Assembly: GCF_000186885.1 (NCBI RefSeq)
Contig: NC_014972.1
Coordinates: 1,830,001 to 1,862,000, forward strand
Length of the DNA: 32,000 bases
Direction: 5' to 3'
From: Desulfobulbus propionicus DSM 2032
GTDB taxonomy: Bacteria; Desulfobacterota; Desulfobulbia; Desulfobulbales; Desulfobulbaceae
Part shown: positions 19,001 through 27,889 of the stretch, one piece after another
How positions within the stretch are numbered: position 1 is the stretch's first letter
Layout of the letters: each line of letters opens with the position of its first letter
Notes under the pieces: model-generated
The model's database searches: none
What the model was told of the DNA's origin: nothing
What the model saw: the letters and a program-made list of their open reading frames with translations, nothing else
Made by a program: the position numbers and the translations under genes

Positions 19001-19800
19001 AAGAGCAGATGGCTGTCGCCCAGATGTTGCAGTCCGTCGAGGGTGTCGTTGATGTCGCGCTCGGTGGGCATGAACACCAGGATGTCGCCGCCCTGGGGCA
19101 GGGTGGCCAGTTCCTCGACCGCGGCAATGGCCTGATCCACATAGGAGAGTTCGGCCTCGTCCTCATCGATGGTCTCGCGGTACAGGGTGGTGATCGGGTA
19201 GGTGCGGCCGGACACGGTCATGACCGGCGCGCCGCCGAAATGGGTGCTGAACTTTTCCGCGTCGATGGTGGCCGAGCTGATGATCAGCTTCAGGTCCGGC
19301 CGGGACGGGAGCAGGTTCTTCAGGTAGCCGAGGAGAAAATCGATGTTGAGACTGCGCTCGTGAGCCTCGTCGACGATCAGGGTGTCGTACTGGGCCAACT
19401 GCGGGTCCTGGCGGGTCTCGGCCAGGAGCACGCCGTCGGTCATGAACTTGATCAGGGTTTCTTTCGAGGTCTGGTCGTGGAAACGGATCTTGTAGCCGAC
19501 CCGGTCCGGGGCGCGCAGTTCCTCGGCCACCCGGTCGGCCACCGAGAGGGCGGCGATGCGGCGCGGCTGGGTGCAGCCGATCATGCCGGTCGCGCCCCGG
19601 TCGGCCTCAATGCACATTTTTGGGAGTTGGGTGGTCTTGCCGCTGCCGGTGTCGCCGATGATGATCAGCACCTGATGTTCGCGAATAGCGGCGACGATCG
19701 ATTCCCGTTGCTCGCTGACCGGCAATTCGGGGGGGTAAGAAAGCTGCATGAAATTATGGAAATATTCTTGAGGATGCCGGTCCGTTCGGAGTACAATCAT
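16012..19800 (-). CDS. hrpA: ATP-dependent RNA helicase HrpA
   Basis: 1262 aa; IIIGDTGSGKTTQLPKMC, CTQPRRIAA, VDEAHERSLNIDFLLGYLK, FMPTERDI, SVTVPGIRFVVDTGLARI, EQRRGRCGRTGPG, HrpA-type C-terminus. Confidence 0.95.
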   Translation of the reverse strand: MIVLRTDRHPQEYFHNFMQLSYPPELPVSEQRESIVAAIREHQVLIIIGDTGSGKTTQLPKMCIEADRGATGMIGCTQPRRIAALSVADRVAEELRAPDRVGYKIRFHDQTSKETLIKFMTDGVLLAETRQDPQLAQYDTLIVDEAHERSLNIDFLLGYLKNLLPSRPDLKLIISSATIDAEKFSTHFGGAPVMTVSGRTYPITTLYRETIDEDEAELSYVDQAIAAVEELATLPQGGDILVFMPTERDINDTLDGLQHLGDSHLLLPLFGRLPAADQRKIFRPSPHRKIIVATNVAETSVTVPGIRFVVDTGLARIARYNPRTGTTSLKVSRISRASCEQRRGRCGRTGPGTCIRLYSEEDFLAREPFTLPEIQRANLAEVILQMISLKLGDPARFPFVDAPPSTAIREGYRLLKELGATVGEHRLTANGRLMARLPLDPRISRIIIESMALGSVREITILAAALSIQDPRVRPPDKEHKADEVHRQFVDKKSDFLTLLNIWNSFFVPGGEAPSKSRLSRFCKAHFLSWQRMREWMDVHEQISRLLREHKGVRVNEQPAGFEAIHIALASGFLRNICLKKEKNIYLSSGNREVVLFPGSGLYNKGPQWAVAAEFVETTQLFARTVAEIEVDWLERLGGTLCKRSWSEPHWEKRSGKVLALERVSLFGLTIVAGRKIEYGRINDKTLLEARDIFIRSALIGNQLGGQYPFLDHNVALVAGFQEMEERFRRRDIVVDDEVLYQFYDARLGKVYDRFTLNRLLRSKKNDAFLRMREEDICLAVPDSEELYRFPATLRAGEFELELRYLFAPGDPADGVTVRIPRTLLGHLNPQLFEWLVPGLLPEKLLLLCRRLPKQLRRRLVPLPDAVDRLMDSLSLYKGSLYQELERAILRGYQVTVQRSDWQADTLPPHLRMRFVLVDDQGEQLVTSRVFDELLQFDRAQAGPASRSCQALPPPRAITVDDLDQIEARLPLTDASGRVVGLYFPTLTVDEVRNTVSLHYIDSESQSRRLNRLGLQFLYGLHCAKEITALRKLCKGSLTSHSASWLSLGAKTSASELRAALQAFLLDAVFATDEGQLPSRAQFQAALEQAVASGVVRIATALLDQVHATLQQRRMVHSRIREWAGRARANRSFQPERQQEYLAALEQIVPEHFLNTLRPEQLRHKPRYLQALALRIERAEHSPLKDEKKAERLRKPLAWLEQMRHFNSPTLPCRVCQQEYVELLEEFRVSIFAPELGTAQPVSEQRLAQKWREVENVCRRVE

Positions 19801-19881
19801 TGAACGTGCCGCCTGTTCAGGGCTCTATACCTGAATTTCCCGGCCATCACATCTGAAATATCATCGCACAGCGAGGAGCAC

Positions 19882-20763
19882 ATGAAAGCGATCAGAAAGG
19901 CTGTCATCCCGGTCGCGGGACTGGGAACACGATTTTTACCCGCCACCAAGGCCATTCCCAAGGAAATGCTCACCATCGTCGATCGGCCGACCATCCAATA
20001 CATTGTCGAAGAGGCCGTGGCCTCGGGCATCGAGGAGATCATCCTGGTGACTAGCGCCGGCAAATCGGCCATCGAGAACCACTTTGACTATGACTTCCAA
20101 CTGGATACGGTGCTCAAGGACCGCAACAAGGTTCAGTTGCGCGAAGAGCTCAACAACATCTCCAACCTGATCGACATCATCTCGGTACGGCAGAAGGAGC
20201 CGCTGGGCTTGGGCCATGCCATCTGGATGGCGCGCAACGTGGTCGGCGACGAACCCTTCATGGTGTTGCTCGGCGATGACCTGGTGATGAGCAAGGTGGC
20301 CTGCTGCAAGCAGATGATTCAGCTCTACGAGCAGGTGGGCGAGTCGATTGTCGCCGTGCAGCGGGTGCCGATGGAGGAGACCCATCAGTATGGTATTGTC
20401 GAGGGATCGCCCACCGAGCAGGAACGGACCTACAAGGTCGACCGGATGGTGGAGAAACCGGCGCCGGGCACCTGCAACTCGGACATGGCGATCATCGGCC
20501 GTTACCTGTTGATGCCGGAGATTTTCGAACTGCTGGAGCGGACCACCCCCGGTCACGGCGGCGAGATCCAGCTGACCGACGCCCTGCTGGCTCTGTCCAA
20601 CAAACGGGCCATGTATGCCTATGAATTTGTCGGCAAACGCTACGATGCCGGCGACAAGCTCGGCTACCTCAAGGCTATCGTCGATTTCGGCCTCAGCCAC
20701 AACAGTTTGGGCAAGCCGTTCCGCGAGTATCTGCGCAAGGTGTGCGCCGAATTGGGGCAGTGA
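19882..20763 (+). CDS. galU: UTP--glucose-1-phosphate uridylyltransferase
   Basis: MKAIRKAVIPVAGLGTRFLPATKAIPKEMLTIVDRPTIQYIVEEAVASGIEEIILVTSAGKSAIENHFD. Confidence 0.97.
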   Translation: MKAIRKAVIPVAGLGTRFLPATKAIPKEMLTIVDRPTIQYIVEEAVASGIEEIILVTSAGKSAIENHFDYDFQLDTVLKDRNKVQLREELNNISNLIDIISVRQKEPLGLGHAIWMARNVVGDEPFMVLLGDDLVMSKVACCKQMIQLYEQVGESIVAVQRVPMEETHQYGIVEGSPTEQERTYKVDRMVEKPAPGTCNSDMAIIGRYLLMPEIFELLERTTPGHGGEIQLTDALLALSNKRAMYAYEFVGKRYDAGDKLGYLKAIVDFGLSHNSLGKPFREYLRKVCAELGQ

Positions 20764-20786
20764 GCTGTTTGCCGAGTTGAGCGCCG

Positions 20787-23090
20787 GTGGAGCTGACCTA
20801 CGAGGTTGCCGTTGACGCACCGCTTGCCACCCCCCTGACCTACAGCCAGCCCGCCGGGAGAACAACACCCATCCCGGCGGGCTGTTGCGTTCGCGTGCCC
20901 CTAGGCAGGCGGAAGGTGATTGGCTATGTGCTCGGACCGGCCTCCCTAACGGACCCGGCGGGTGCCGAGCCCGCGTTTGCGGTCAAGGCCATCGCCGAGG
21001 TGATCGACGAGACGCCGCTCTTTCCGCAGACTCTTATTCCTTTTTATCGCTGGATCGCCCGGTATTATCACCACCCGTTGGGCAATGTGCTGCGCACCGC
21101 CCTGCCGCTGGCACCCACTTCGCGAAGCGGTCGGCGGGTTAGTGCCAAAACCAGGAAGACGTTGACCCCCGGCCCGGTACTGCTGTCGCCGCTGCAATCA
21201 GGGGGAACAACAGAGGAGGTACTCGCCGCTGTTGAGTACAGTCTTGATGGCCGGCTCAAAAATGCCGAACACAAGGCTCTGTCGCTGTTTCTCGATGACC
21301 TGCGATCAGGCGGGAACCGGCCGGTGCCGCGATCCCTGTTGCTGCGCCGTTATCCGGGTGCCGGTCCCCGGCTTACCCGGCTCGTCGATCTCGGTGTTCT
21401 CTGTTCGGTCAACGAGCGGGTGTATCGTGACCCTTTTGGCCAAACGCCCGTCTTCCATCCCCGGCCGGCACAACTCACCGACGAGCAACAGCAGGTGCTG
21501 GAGGCGCTCCTCCCTGCCATGGACCGGGCTGCCTTTGCCCCGTTTGTTCTTTTTGGCGTCACCGGCTGCGGCAAGACCGAGGTCTATCTGCGGCTGGTGG
21601 AACATGCCTTGACCCGCGGGAAAACCGCCTTGGTCCTGGTGCCTGAAATCGCGCTTGCCTCCCAGCTGGAGGCTCATTTTTATAGTCGTTTCGGTGCGCG
21701 CTTGGCCGTGCTGCACAGCGGCCTGAGCGATGGCGAGCGTTTTGACCAGTGGCACAACGTGCTGACCGGTGAGGCCAGGGTGGTTTTGGGGGCGCGATCG
21801 GCGGTGTTCGCCCCCCTCGAACATGTGGGCGTGGTCATTGTCGACGAGGAGCACGAACCGGCCTACAAGCAGGAGGACGGTCTGCGCTATAACGGCCGCG
21901 ATCTGGCGGTGCTTCGGGCAAAGATGGCCGAGTGTCCGGCGGTACTCGGCTCGGCCACGCCCTCGGTGGTCAGTTATCACCACTGTCTGCACGGCAAGTA
22001 CACCTTGTTGACCATGCGCAAGCGGGTGGCGGAGCAACCCTTGCCCACGGTGGAGCTCGTCGACCTCGCGGCCACAGAGCGTTCCCGGCCTGATCTGGCC
22101 TTTTCGGACCGGTTGATCAATGCGATGGCCCAGACCTTGGAACAGGGCCAGCAGACCTTGCTGTTCGTCAACCGTCGCGGCTTTTCGTCGTCCATGCTCT
22201 GCCGTGACTGTGGCGCCATCCTCCAGTGCCGGCACTGTCAGGTGTCCATGACCCTGCATCGCAGCCGCAACCTGCTGATGTGCCATTACTGTGGCTCCAC
22301 CCAGCATCCGAGCACGCTCTGCCCTGCCTGTGGCTCTCCGCGGCTCTCGGGGGTCGGTATCGGTTCGGAACGGATCGAAGAGGAGGTACGGCAACTGTTC
22401 CCCGAGGCCCGCATCGCCCGTCTGGACAGCGACACCACCGCCAACCGCCGACACTATCTGGCCACGCTTCAAGCGGTGCGCACTCGTCAGGTTGACATGC
22501 TCATCGGCACCCAGATGATCGCCAAGGGGTTGCATTTTCCTCACATGACCCTGGTCGGGGTGGTCTGGGCCGACGCGGGACTGGCAATGCCCGATTACAA
22601 AGCAGCGGAGCGCACCTACTCCCTGCTGGCCCAGGTGACCGGCAGGGCAGGGCGGGGAGCCGATCCGGGCCGGGTGATCATCCAGACCTATCAGCCGAGC
22701 CATTACAGCGTGCGCCTGGCCCAGCATCACGACTACGAAGCCTTTTTCGCCCAGGAGATCGCGGTTCGCCGGCCCTTGGGCTATCCGCCTTTTTCCCGGC
22801 TGGTCAATATCCGATTCAGCGGCCTGAAGGAGCAGCAGGTGGCACAAGCCGCCGGTCGGGTTGCCGAGTTTCTTCGCCGTCAATACGGCAACAACCAGGT
22901 GGATGTCCTTGGGCCGTCACCGGCGCCCCTGGTCAAACTGAAAGACCGCACTCGCTGGCAACTGCTCCTCAAAAGCGGATCGTCAGCCCTGCTGCAGGCC
23001 ATGTGTGAGGCGCTGTTGGCTGAAAAGGCCGAGCTGTGTCCGCGATCGGTGAGCATGAGCCTTGATGTCGATCCGGAAAATATGATGTGA
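20787..23090 (+). CDS. priA: Primosomal replication protein N' (PriA helicase)
   Basis: LFGVTGCGKTEVYLRLV, VVIVDEEHEPAYKQEDGLRYNGRDLAVLR, zinc-binding CRDCGAILQCRHCQ..CHYCG..CPACGS, MLIGTQMIAKGLHFP; GTG start. Confidence 0.96.
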   Translation: MELTYEVAVDAPLATPLTYSQPAGRTTPIPAGCCVRVPLGRRKVIGYVLGPASLTDPAGAEPAFAVKAIAEVIDETPLFPQTLIPFYRWIARYYHHPLGNVLRTALPLAPTSRSGRRVSAKTRKTLTPGPVLLSPLQSGGTTEEVLAAVEYSLDGRLKNAEHKALSLFLDDLRSGGNRPVPRSLLLRRYPGAGPRLTRLVDLGVLCSVNERVYRDPFGQTPVFHPRPAQLTDEQQQVLEALLPAMDRAAFAPFVLFGVTGCGKTEVYLRLVEHALTRGKTALVLVPEIALASQLEAHFYSRFGARLAVLHSGLSDGERFDQWHNVLTGEARVVLGARSAVFAPLEHVGVVIVDEEHEPAYKQEDGLRYNGRDLAVLRAKMAECPAVLGSATPSVVSYHHCLHGKYTLLTMRKRVAEQPLPTVELVDLAATERSRPDLAFSDRLINAMAQTLEQGQQTLLFVNRRGFSSSMLCRDCGAILQCRHCQVSMTLHRSRNLLMCHYCGSTQHPSTLCPACGSPRLSGVGIGSERIEEEVRQLFPEARIARLDSDTTANRRHYLATLQAVRTRQVDMLIGTQMIAKGLHFPHMTLVGVVWADAGLAMPDYKAAERTYSLLAQVTGRAGRGADPGRVIIQTYQPSHYSVRLAQHHDYEAFFAQEIAVRRPLGYPPFSRLVNIRFSGLKEQQVAQAAGRVAEFLRRQYGNNQVDVLGPSPAPLVKLKDRTRWQLLLKSGSSALLQAMCEALLAEKAELCPRSVSMSLDVDPENMM

Positions 23091-23123
23091 CCACGCCAGT
23101 CGCAAAGGCCGGCTGGTTGATAT

Positions 23124-23167
23124 AAAAAAACGCCCCGGCGGCAAGGAGGGAGGAAACCGCCGGGGCG
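23124..23167 (-). terminator. Rho-independent terminator downstream of the zraP-like gene (minus strand)
   Basis: CGCCCCGGCGG (23131-23141) / CCGCCGGGGCG (23157-23167) 11 bp stem; minus strand transcript ends in seven U. Confidence 0.85.
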
Positions 23168-23211
23168 ACAGGAGGGCGTTGGGAAGTGCGAAAAATTGCG
23201 CGGTTGAACAA

Positions 23212-23649
23212 TTACCGTTTAGAGTGGCGCGGGCTGTGAAAGTCGTAGAAACACGGCATGGCATCGTCGCCCTGTCCCATCAGCAGCATGGGTAACGGGA
23301 ATCCGGCTTCCTGAGCCTTGACCCGTAACTTTTCACGCAACTCGAACAACTCTCCGGCCACCTGGGATGCCTTGACCGTGTCCGGCGTGCCAGCAGCCAT
23401 GATGGCCCGCATCTCCGCGCTCTTTTGTGCCAGTTCCTTGCGGACCGTCACGGTGTCATTGAGAAACTTTTCCCGGGCTTTTTGCATTTCGGTGTTGACT
23501 TGAGCCGCGTGGTGCGCGGGTTTGTCCTTGGAACCGGCGTCGGCCGCCTGGCCCGGTTGCGCCAACGCCGCTTGACTGATGGCCAGGGTCAAGCCACTGG
23601 TTAGAATAGCCGCCATCATGATCCGTTTTTTGACACTTGCTGTTTCCAT
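23212..23649 (-). CDS. ZraP-like periplasmic zinc-resistance-associated/Spy-CpxP-type protein
   Basis: Signal peptide; VRKELAQKSAEMRAIMAAGTPDTVKASQVAGELFELREKLRVKAQEAGFP matches the ZraP helical pattern. Confidence 0.75.
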   Translation of the reverse strand: METASVKKRIMMAAILTSGLTLAISQAALAQPGQAADAGSKDKPAHHAAQVNTEMQKAREKFLNDTVTVRKELAQKSAEMRAIMAAGTPDTVKASQVAGELFELREKLRVKAQEAGFPLPMLLMGQGDDAMPCFYDFHSPRHSKR

Positions 23650-23706
23650 GATTCAATGCTCCTGAGATTCAAGAGAAGGTATATTGGTTTGTTGTGCCTG
23701 TAGTCT

Positions 23707-23722
23707 AGCGAGATTCATGCCA
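23707..23722 (-). promoter_or_regulatory. Candidate sigma-54 (-24/-12) promoter of the ZraP-like gene
   Basis: Reverse strand TGGCATGAATCTCGCT against consensus TGGCACG-N4-TTGCW; GG and GC dinucleotides with correct 10 nt spacing; 58 nt upstream of start. Confidence 0.5.
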
Positions 23723-23968
23723 TTTTTTGCTTTCTGTACAATTATTTGATATGATTGAATATAATATTTCATTGAGCAAGATGGCCGTTGTTTCGGTCGG
23801 GCCAAGGCCGATACCTGTTTCCTTTCTATCCACGTGCGAGCGGCACGGATGAGTAAAAAGTATCCAGCCGATGCGGCCGCCCCTGATCAGCCTCCAGGTC
23901 AAAGCGGCCATCATCGGCAAAAAGATCACCGCTGTTCCCCTGGATTGATCCTTGCAAAGACCGCCGAC

Positions 23969-25828
23969 ATGAGCATGCGATTGTTGAAAAAGTCCCGCCG
24001 GCCCGCCTATATGTTTTCCTCTCCCTGGCTCTTGGCCTCGGCCGCCGGTCTTCTCATCATGATCGTGGTCACGTTTGCCTTCCACAATCTTAGGCTCGAA
24101 GAGCGGTTGATGACCAATGCCATGCTGCAGAAGGCCTCGACCTTGATCCGGGTGCTCCATTCGGGGTCTCGGGCCTCCTATCTTAACGATCTGCGCAAGG
24201 ATACCTGGAACAACGAGGCGTGGACAACGCACGTCCAGCGGGTGATCGACCATCTGGCCGAAGATCCGGACCTGCGTTTTCTTTCCCTGGTCAACGAAAC
24301 CGGCCAAGTCATAGCCCATAGCGATCATACGCGGATTGGCGCTCTCGAACCCGTGCCGGAGAGCAACAGGTATCGGCATCCCGCCGACGATCAGCCGCAG
24401 CTCACCCACAGTGTCCGGGAAACCCGCGAGTATGGCCGCGTTTTCGAGACAATCCGCCAATTTTCTCCATCCTTTCCGGCGTTGCTGCCGATGCCCCTGC
24501 AACCGTTGCGGGAGGGGCTGAAAGGACCGTTTCTCCACCATCCCGAAGAGAGACGGCCGATGATGCGGCTGCTTCCCGAGGGGCTGCCCACGGGGGAGCG
24601 CTATTTCGTGGTGGTCGCCCTGGACATGAAGGAGTTTGATCGGACCCTGGGGCGGTTGCGGATGCAGATTTTCATGCTGTCGCTGGCCATGTTGCTTGTC
24701 GGCCTGGGCGGCTGGTTTTCCTTGTCAGCGGTCCAGGGATTTCGCGTCTCGCAGAAAACATTGGAAAACATCCAGGCGTTCACCTCGCTGCTGGTCGCCA
24801 AACTGCCGGTCGGTGTCATCGCCACCGATGCCACTGGTCGGATCACCACCTGGAACCAGACCATCGCCCACGTGACCGGCATCGACAAAACCGCAGCCAC
24901 CGGCAAACACCCGGAGGAGATCCTGCCCGAACCGTTGGCCGCCTTTTTTCTTCCAGGCGGTTCAGGGGCGGCTGAGCCAACCGCCACCGAAAAGGAAACC
25001 CTTGTCCGTCTTGCCTTCGGGCCCAGACGGTGCGAACTGCTCTGCCATCCGCTGACCATCAGCGACAGCGAACACCAGTATCTTGGCCGGGTGCTGCTGA
25101 TCTCGGATGTCACCGAGATCCGTTCGCTTGAACAGCGGATGCGGGAGAACGAACGCCTGGCCGCGGTGGGACGGATGGCCGGCGGGGTGGCCCATGAGGT
25201 CCGCAACCCCTTGAGTTCCATCAAAGGATTGGCTTTGCTGCTGAAAAATAAATTTCCTCTTGGCAGCAAGGAGCAGGATACCGCCGATCTGCTCATTCAG
25301 GAGACGGAACGGATGAACCGAACCATCACTGAGATGCTCAGCTTCACCCGGCCCTCGGCCCTCCACCTGGGCAGAGTCGATCTTGGCGCCTTGCTGGGGC
25401 GAAGTCTGGAGTTGATCAGGGCCGAGGCCGAGGAAAACGGCATCCGGAGCGTGCTGAACATCGGCCCGGATCTATGTCCGGTGCTGGGAGACGCCGACCG
25501 GTTGCAGCAGGTGGCCATGAATGTGCTGCTCAATGCCATGCAGGCCATGGAAGAGGGCGGAGAGCTGGTTGTGTCGCTGGCCAACAGAGACAACGGGCAA
25601 ACCGTGGAACTGCGCATCAGCGACACCGGTGCGGGTATCGATCCGGCCCTCCTGTCCCAGGTTTTTTATCCCTATTTCACCACCAAACAGGGGGGAACCG
25701 GCATTGGATTGGCTATCTGCCAGAAGATTGTCGCCGATCACGGCGGGACCATCGAATTGGAAAGCGAACCGGTCAAGGGGACGACGGTGATCGTCACCTT
25801 GCCGGCCTATCATCCTCCTCAAGGATGA
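23969..25828 (+). CDS. Membrane two-component sensor histidine kinase, PAS domain, ZraS-like
   Basis: N-terminal TM helix, periplasmic region, second TM, PAS (PVGVIATDATGRITTWNQTI), HisKA VAHEVRNPLSSIKG, HATPase NVLLNAMQA..DTGAGI..GGTGIGLAICQKIV. Confidence 0.88.
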   Translation: MSMRLLKKSRRPAYMFSSPWLLASAAGLLIMIVVTFAFHNLRLEERLMTNAMLQKASTLIRVLHSGSRASYLNDLRKDTWNNEAWTTHVQRVIDHLAEDPDLRFLSLVNETGQVIAHSDHTRIGALEPVPESNRYRHPADDQPQLTHSVRETREYGRVFETIRQFSPSFPALLPMPLQPLREGLKGPFLHHPEERRPMMRLLPEGLPTGERYFVVVALDMKEFDRTLGRLRMQIFMLSLAMLLVGLGGWFSLSAVQGFRVSQKTLENIQAFTSLLVAKLPVGVIATDATGRITTWNQTIAHVTGIDKTAATGKHPEEILPEPLAAFFLPGGSGAAEPTATEKETLVRLAFGPRRCELLCHPLTISDSEHQYLGRVLLISDVTEIRSLEQRMRENERLAAVGRMAGGVAHEVRNPLSSIKGLALLLKNKFPLGSKEQDTADLLIQETERMNRTITEMLSFTRPSALHLGRVDLGALLGRSLELIRAEAEENGIRSVLNIGPDLCPVLGDADRLQQVAMNVLLNAMQAMEEGGELVVSLANRDNGQTVELRISDTGAGIDPALLSQVFYPYFTTKQGGTGIGLAICQKIVADHGGTIELESEPVKGTTVIVTLPAYHPPQG

Positions 25829-25850
25829 GCGAACGGCTTGTTGTTCGCTC

Positions 25851-26042
25851 CTATCCTTGCGGGGTGATGAGGTGCTTGTCGAGAAACTCGCATTCGATCG
25901 GAGTGAGGTCAAATCGCAGTTCAGCTTGCTGAAGAATCGCCCGCCGCGTCTTTTCCGGATGTTCCGCCAAAGTTTCCGTCATCCAGACAAGCGCTTTTTT
26001 CAGTTTTGCCGACTTGACGTTCAACGGTGAGTGTTCGCTCAT
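25851..26042 (-). CDS. Small hypothetical protein (63 aa)
   Basis: MSEHSPLNVKSAKLKKALVWMTETLAEHPEKTRRAILQQAELRFDLTPIECEFLDKHLITPQG; GGAAA upstream of ATG. Confidence 0.55.
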   Translation of the reverse strand: MSEHSPLNVKSAKLKKALVWMTETLAEHPEKTRRAILQQAELRFDLTPIECEFLDKHLITPQG

Positions 26043-26233
26043 GGGCGTTTCCTTGTTTTTCTTTGATAACGGTTGCTTGTTGCCGGGGATGCGATTACAT
26101 TGTACCCATACCGGAGCAAGGGGGCAACCTTCATTGATGTCGCTTGCCTGCCGTGCCGCCGGCTCGACCAGTTCGACCGGGATGATCGATTGGTGAGAGC
26201 AGGACAGCAAAGGGAGTAACAACGGGAATCGCC

Positions 26234-26785
26234 ATGGAAAGTCTGGCAGGACATTTTCTTATTTCCACCCCGCAGATGCCTGATCCACGGTTTCAGGAAC
26301 AGGTGATCTACCTGTGCGCGCACAACGAGGAAGGAGCCATGGGGCTGGTGATCAACAATCCCAATCCCGAGATCACCATGGTCGATGTCCTCCACGGTTC
26401 CAATCTGTCCATCCCCGAAGGCCCGTTGCCGGCGGTGTACATGGGCGGCCCGGTGGAGGTCGATGCCGGGTTCATTCTCTATTCCACCGCGACGCCGGAC
26501 CGCTACTCGGTGGAGGTGAAGCCCGGAGTCTATCTGAGCCGCGATTCCCGTCTCTTGGAAGATATTTCCCTGGGTCAGGGGCCGCAATGCTATCTGTTCA
26601 TGCTCGGCTATGCCGGATGGGGTGCCGGTCAGCTGGAGAATGAACTGATGGACAACAGCTGGTTGACCGTTCCAGCGGACGTGGACGTGCTCTTCCATAC
26701 CCCGGATGACCAGAAATGGCGCAAGGCGGCCCAAATCTTCGGTATTGATATTTCAACCTTTGGGGATATCATCGGCTACGCCTGA
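26234..26785 (+). CDS. YqgE/AlgH family protein (UPF0301)
   Basis: MESLAGHFLISTPQMPDPRFQEQVIYLCAHNEEGAMGLVINNP...GYAGWGAGQLENELMDNSWLTVPAD. Confidence 0.94.
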   Translation: MESLAGHFLISTPQMPDPRFQEQVIYLCAHNEEGAMGLVINNPNPEITMVDVLHGSNLSIPEGPLPAVYMGGPVEVDAGFILYSTATPDRYSVEVKPGVYLSRDSRLLEDISLGQGPQCYLFMLGYAGWGAGQLENELMDNSWLTVPADVDVLFHTPDDQKWRKAAQIFGIDISTFGDIIGYA

Positions 26786-26857
26786 AGGCTGACTGTTCCT
26801 GCTTTTTCCCTTTCCTTCTGCCCCCGTCGGTTCACGAGAACCGACATTTTTTTTGCC

Positions 26858-27286
26858 ATGAACGAGAACACCGTACCCGACGTTGCTGATATTTTTGTTT
26901 GTGCCCGCTGCGGCTTCTGCTGCCACGGGGAAACCACCGTCTCTCTCGACGAGCGCGATCAGGAGCGGATGATCAAGGCTTTGGGCCTGACCCGTGAACA
27001 GACCCAGGCGCGCTACTGGCGGGTCACCGGTTCGGTGGTGCAGATGCAGGTGCGCGACGGCCACTGCATTTTTTTCGACGACCAGGTTGGCTGCACGGTC
27101 CATGAGGGCCGCCCCTGGCGATGCCGGCAGTGGCCCCTGCACCCGAGCATGCTCGCCGACGAGGACAACTACCGCACGATCACCGACTCCTGCCCAGGAT
27201 TGAACAAAGAACTGAGTTACGAGCAGTTCTGTCGTATTTTTCAAGCTCTGCTCGATCTGGGAGAGGGGGGCAAGTTCAGCGGATGA
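26858..27286 (+). CDS. YkgJ family cysteine cluster protein
   Basis: CARCGFCCHGE...CIFFDDQVGCTVHEGRPWRCRQWPLHP, Fe/Zn-binding cysteine cluster. Confidence 0.85.
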   Translation: MNENTVPDVADIFVCARCGFCCHGETTVSLDERDQERMIKALGLTREQTQARYWRVTGSVVQMQVRDGHCIFFDDQVGCTVHEGRPWRCRQWPLHPSMLADEDNYRTITDSCPGLNKELSYEQFCRIFQALLDLGEGGKFSG

Positions 27287-27750
27287 AGGTGCTCATCCCG
27301 TTCCTGGGCAAGACCAGGGAAACCTATCTCGATGCCGGTATCCGCGACTATGCCGGCCGGCTCGGCCGTTTTGCCACGGTGGATCTGCCGGTGCTCCGCG
27401 AACGCCACCACCGCAAGGAGCCGGACGAGGTGATCAAGGCGGCCGAAGCCGCACAGCTGATGGAACAGGCGGCGGCGGCCCCGCTGCGGGTGGCCCTTGA
27501 TCCCCAGGGCAAAATTCCGGATTCCGAAGAACTGGCCGCCCTGCTTACCCAATGGGAAGATCAGGGGATCGGCACGGTCTGTTTCCTGATTGGCGGCCAT
27601 CTTGGGCTGCACCGCCTAGTGCTTGATCAGGCGCACTTGACCCTGTCCCTCTCCCGTCTGACCTTTACCCACGAAATGACCCGCCTGATCCTGTTGGAAC
27701 AGCTCTACCGGGCCTGGACCATCAAGGCCGGCCACAAGTACCACAAATAA
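27283..27750 (+). CDS. rlmH: 23S rRNA (pseudouridine1915-N3)-methyltransferase RlmH
   Basis: ALDPQGKIPDSEELAALL, FLIGGHLGLHRLV, LSLSRLTFTHEMTRLILLEQLYRAWTIKAGHKYHK. Confidence 0.94.
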   Translation: MKVLIPFLGKTRETYLDAGIRDYAGRLGRFATVDLPVLRERHHRKEPDEVIKAAEAAQLMEQAAAAPLRVALDPQGKIPDSEELAALLTQWEDQGIGTVCFLIGGHLGLHRLVLDQAHLTLSLSRLTFTHEMTRLILLEQLYRAWTIKAGHKYHK

Positions 27751-27889
27751 CCACCAAACGCACACTACTTCCCCTGTTTGATCCTCGCCTAACCAAACCA
27801 GCGGGCCTGCTGCACTTCTGACTTCATAAATCGCGCGCCCTGTGGTACTGATGGAACCCGACAAGGCATTTTTCGCAGAGGCAAGGACG

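Noticed and set aside
18103-19803. 566-aa ORF antisense to hrpA
   Set aside because: Shadow ORF of the helicase gene; no domain evidence.
21306-22883. 525-aa ORF antisense to priA
   Set aside because: Shadow ORF; priA has full helicase and zinc motifs.
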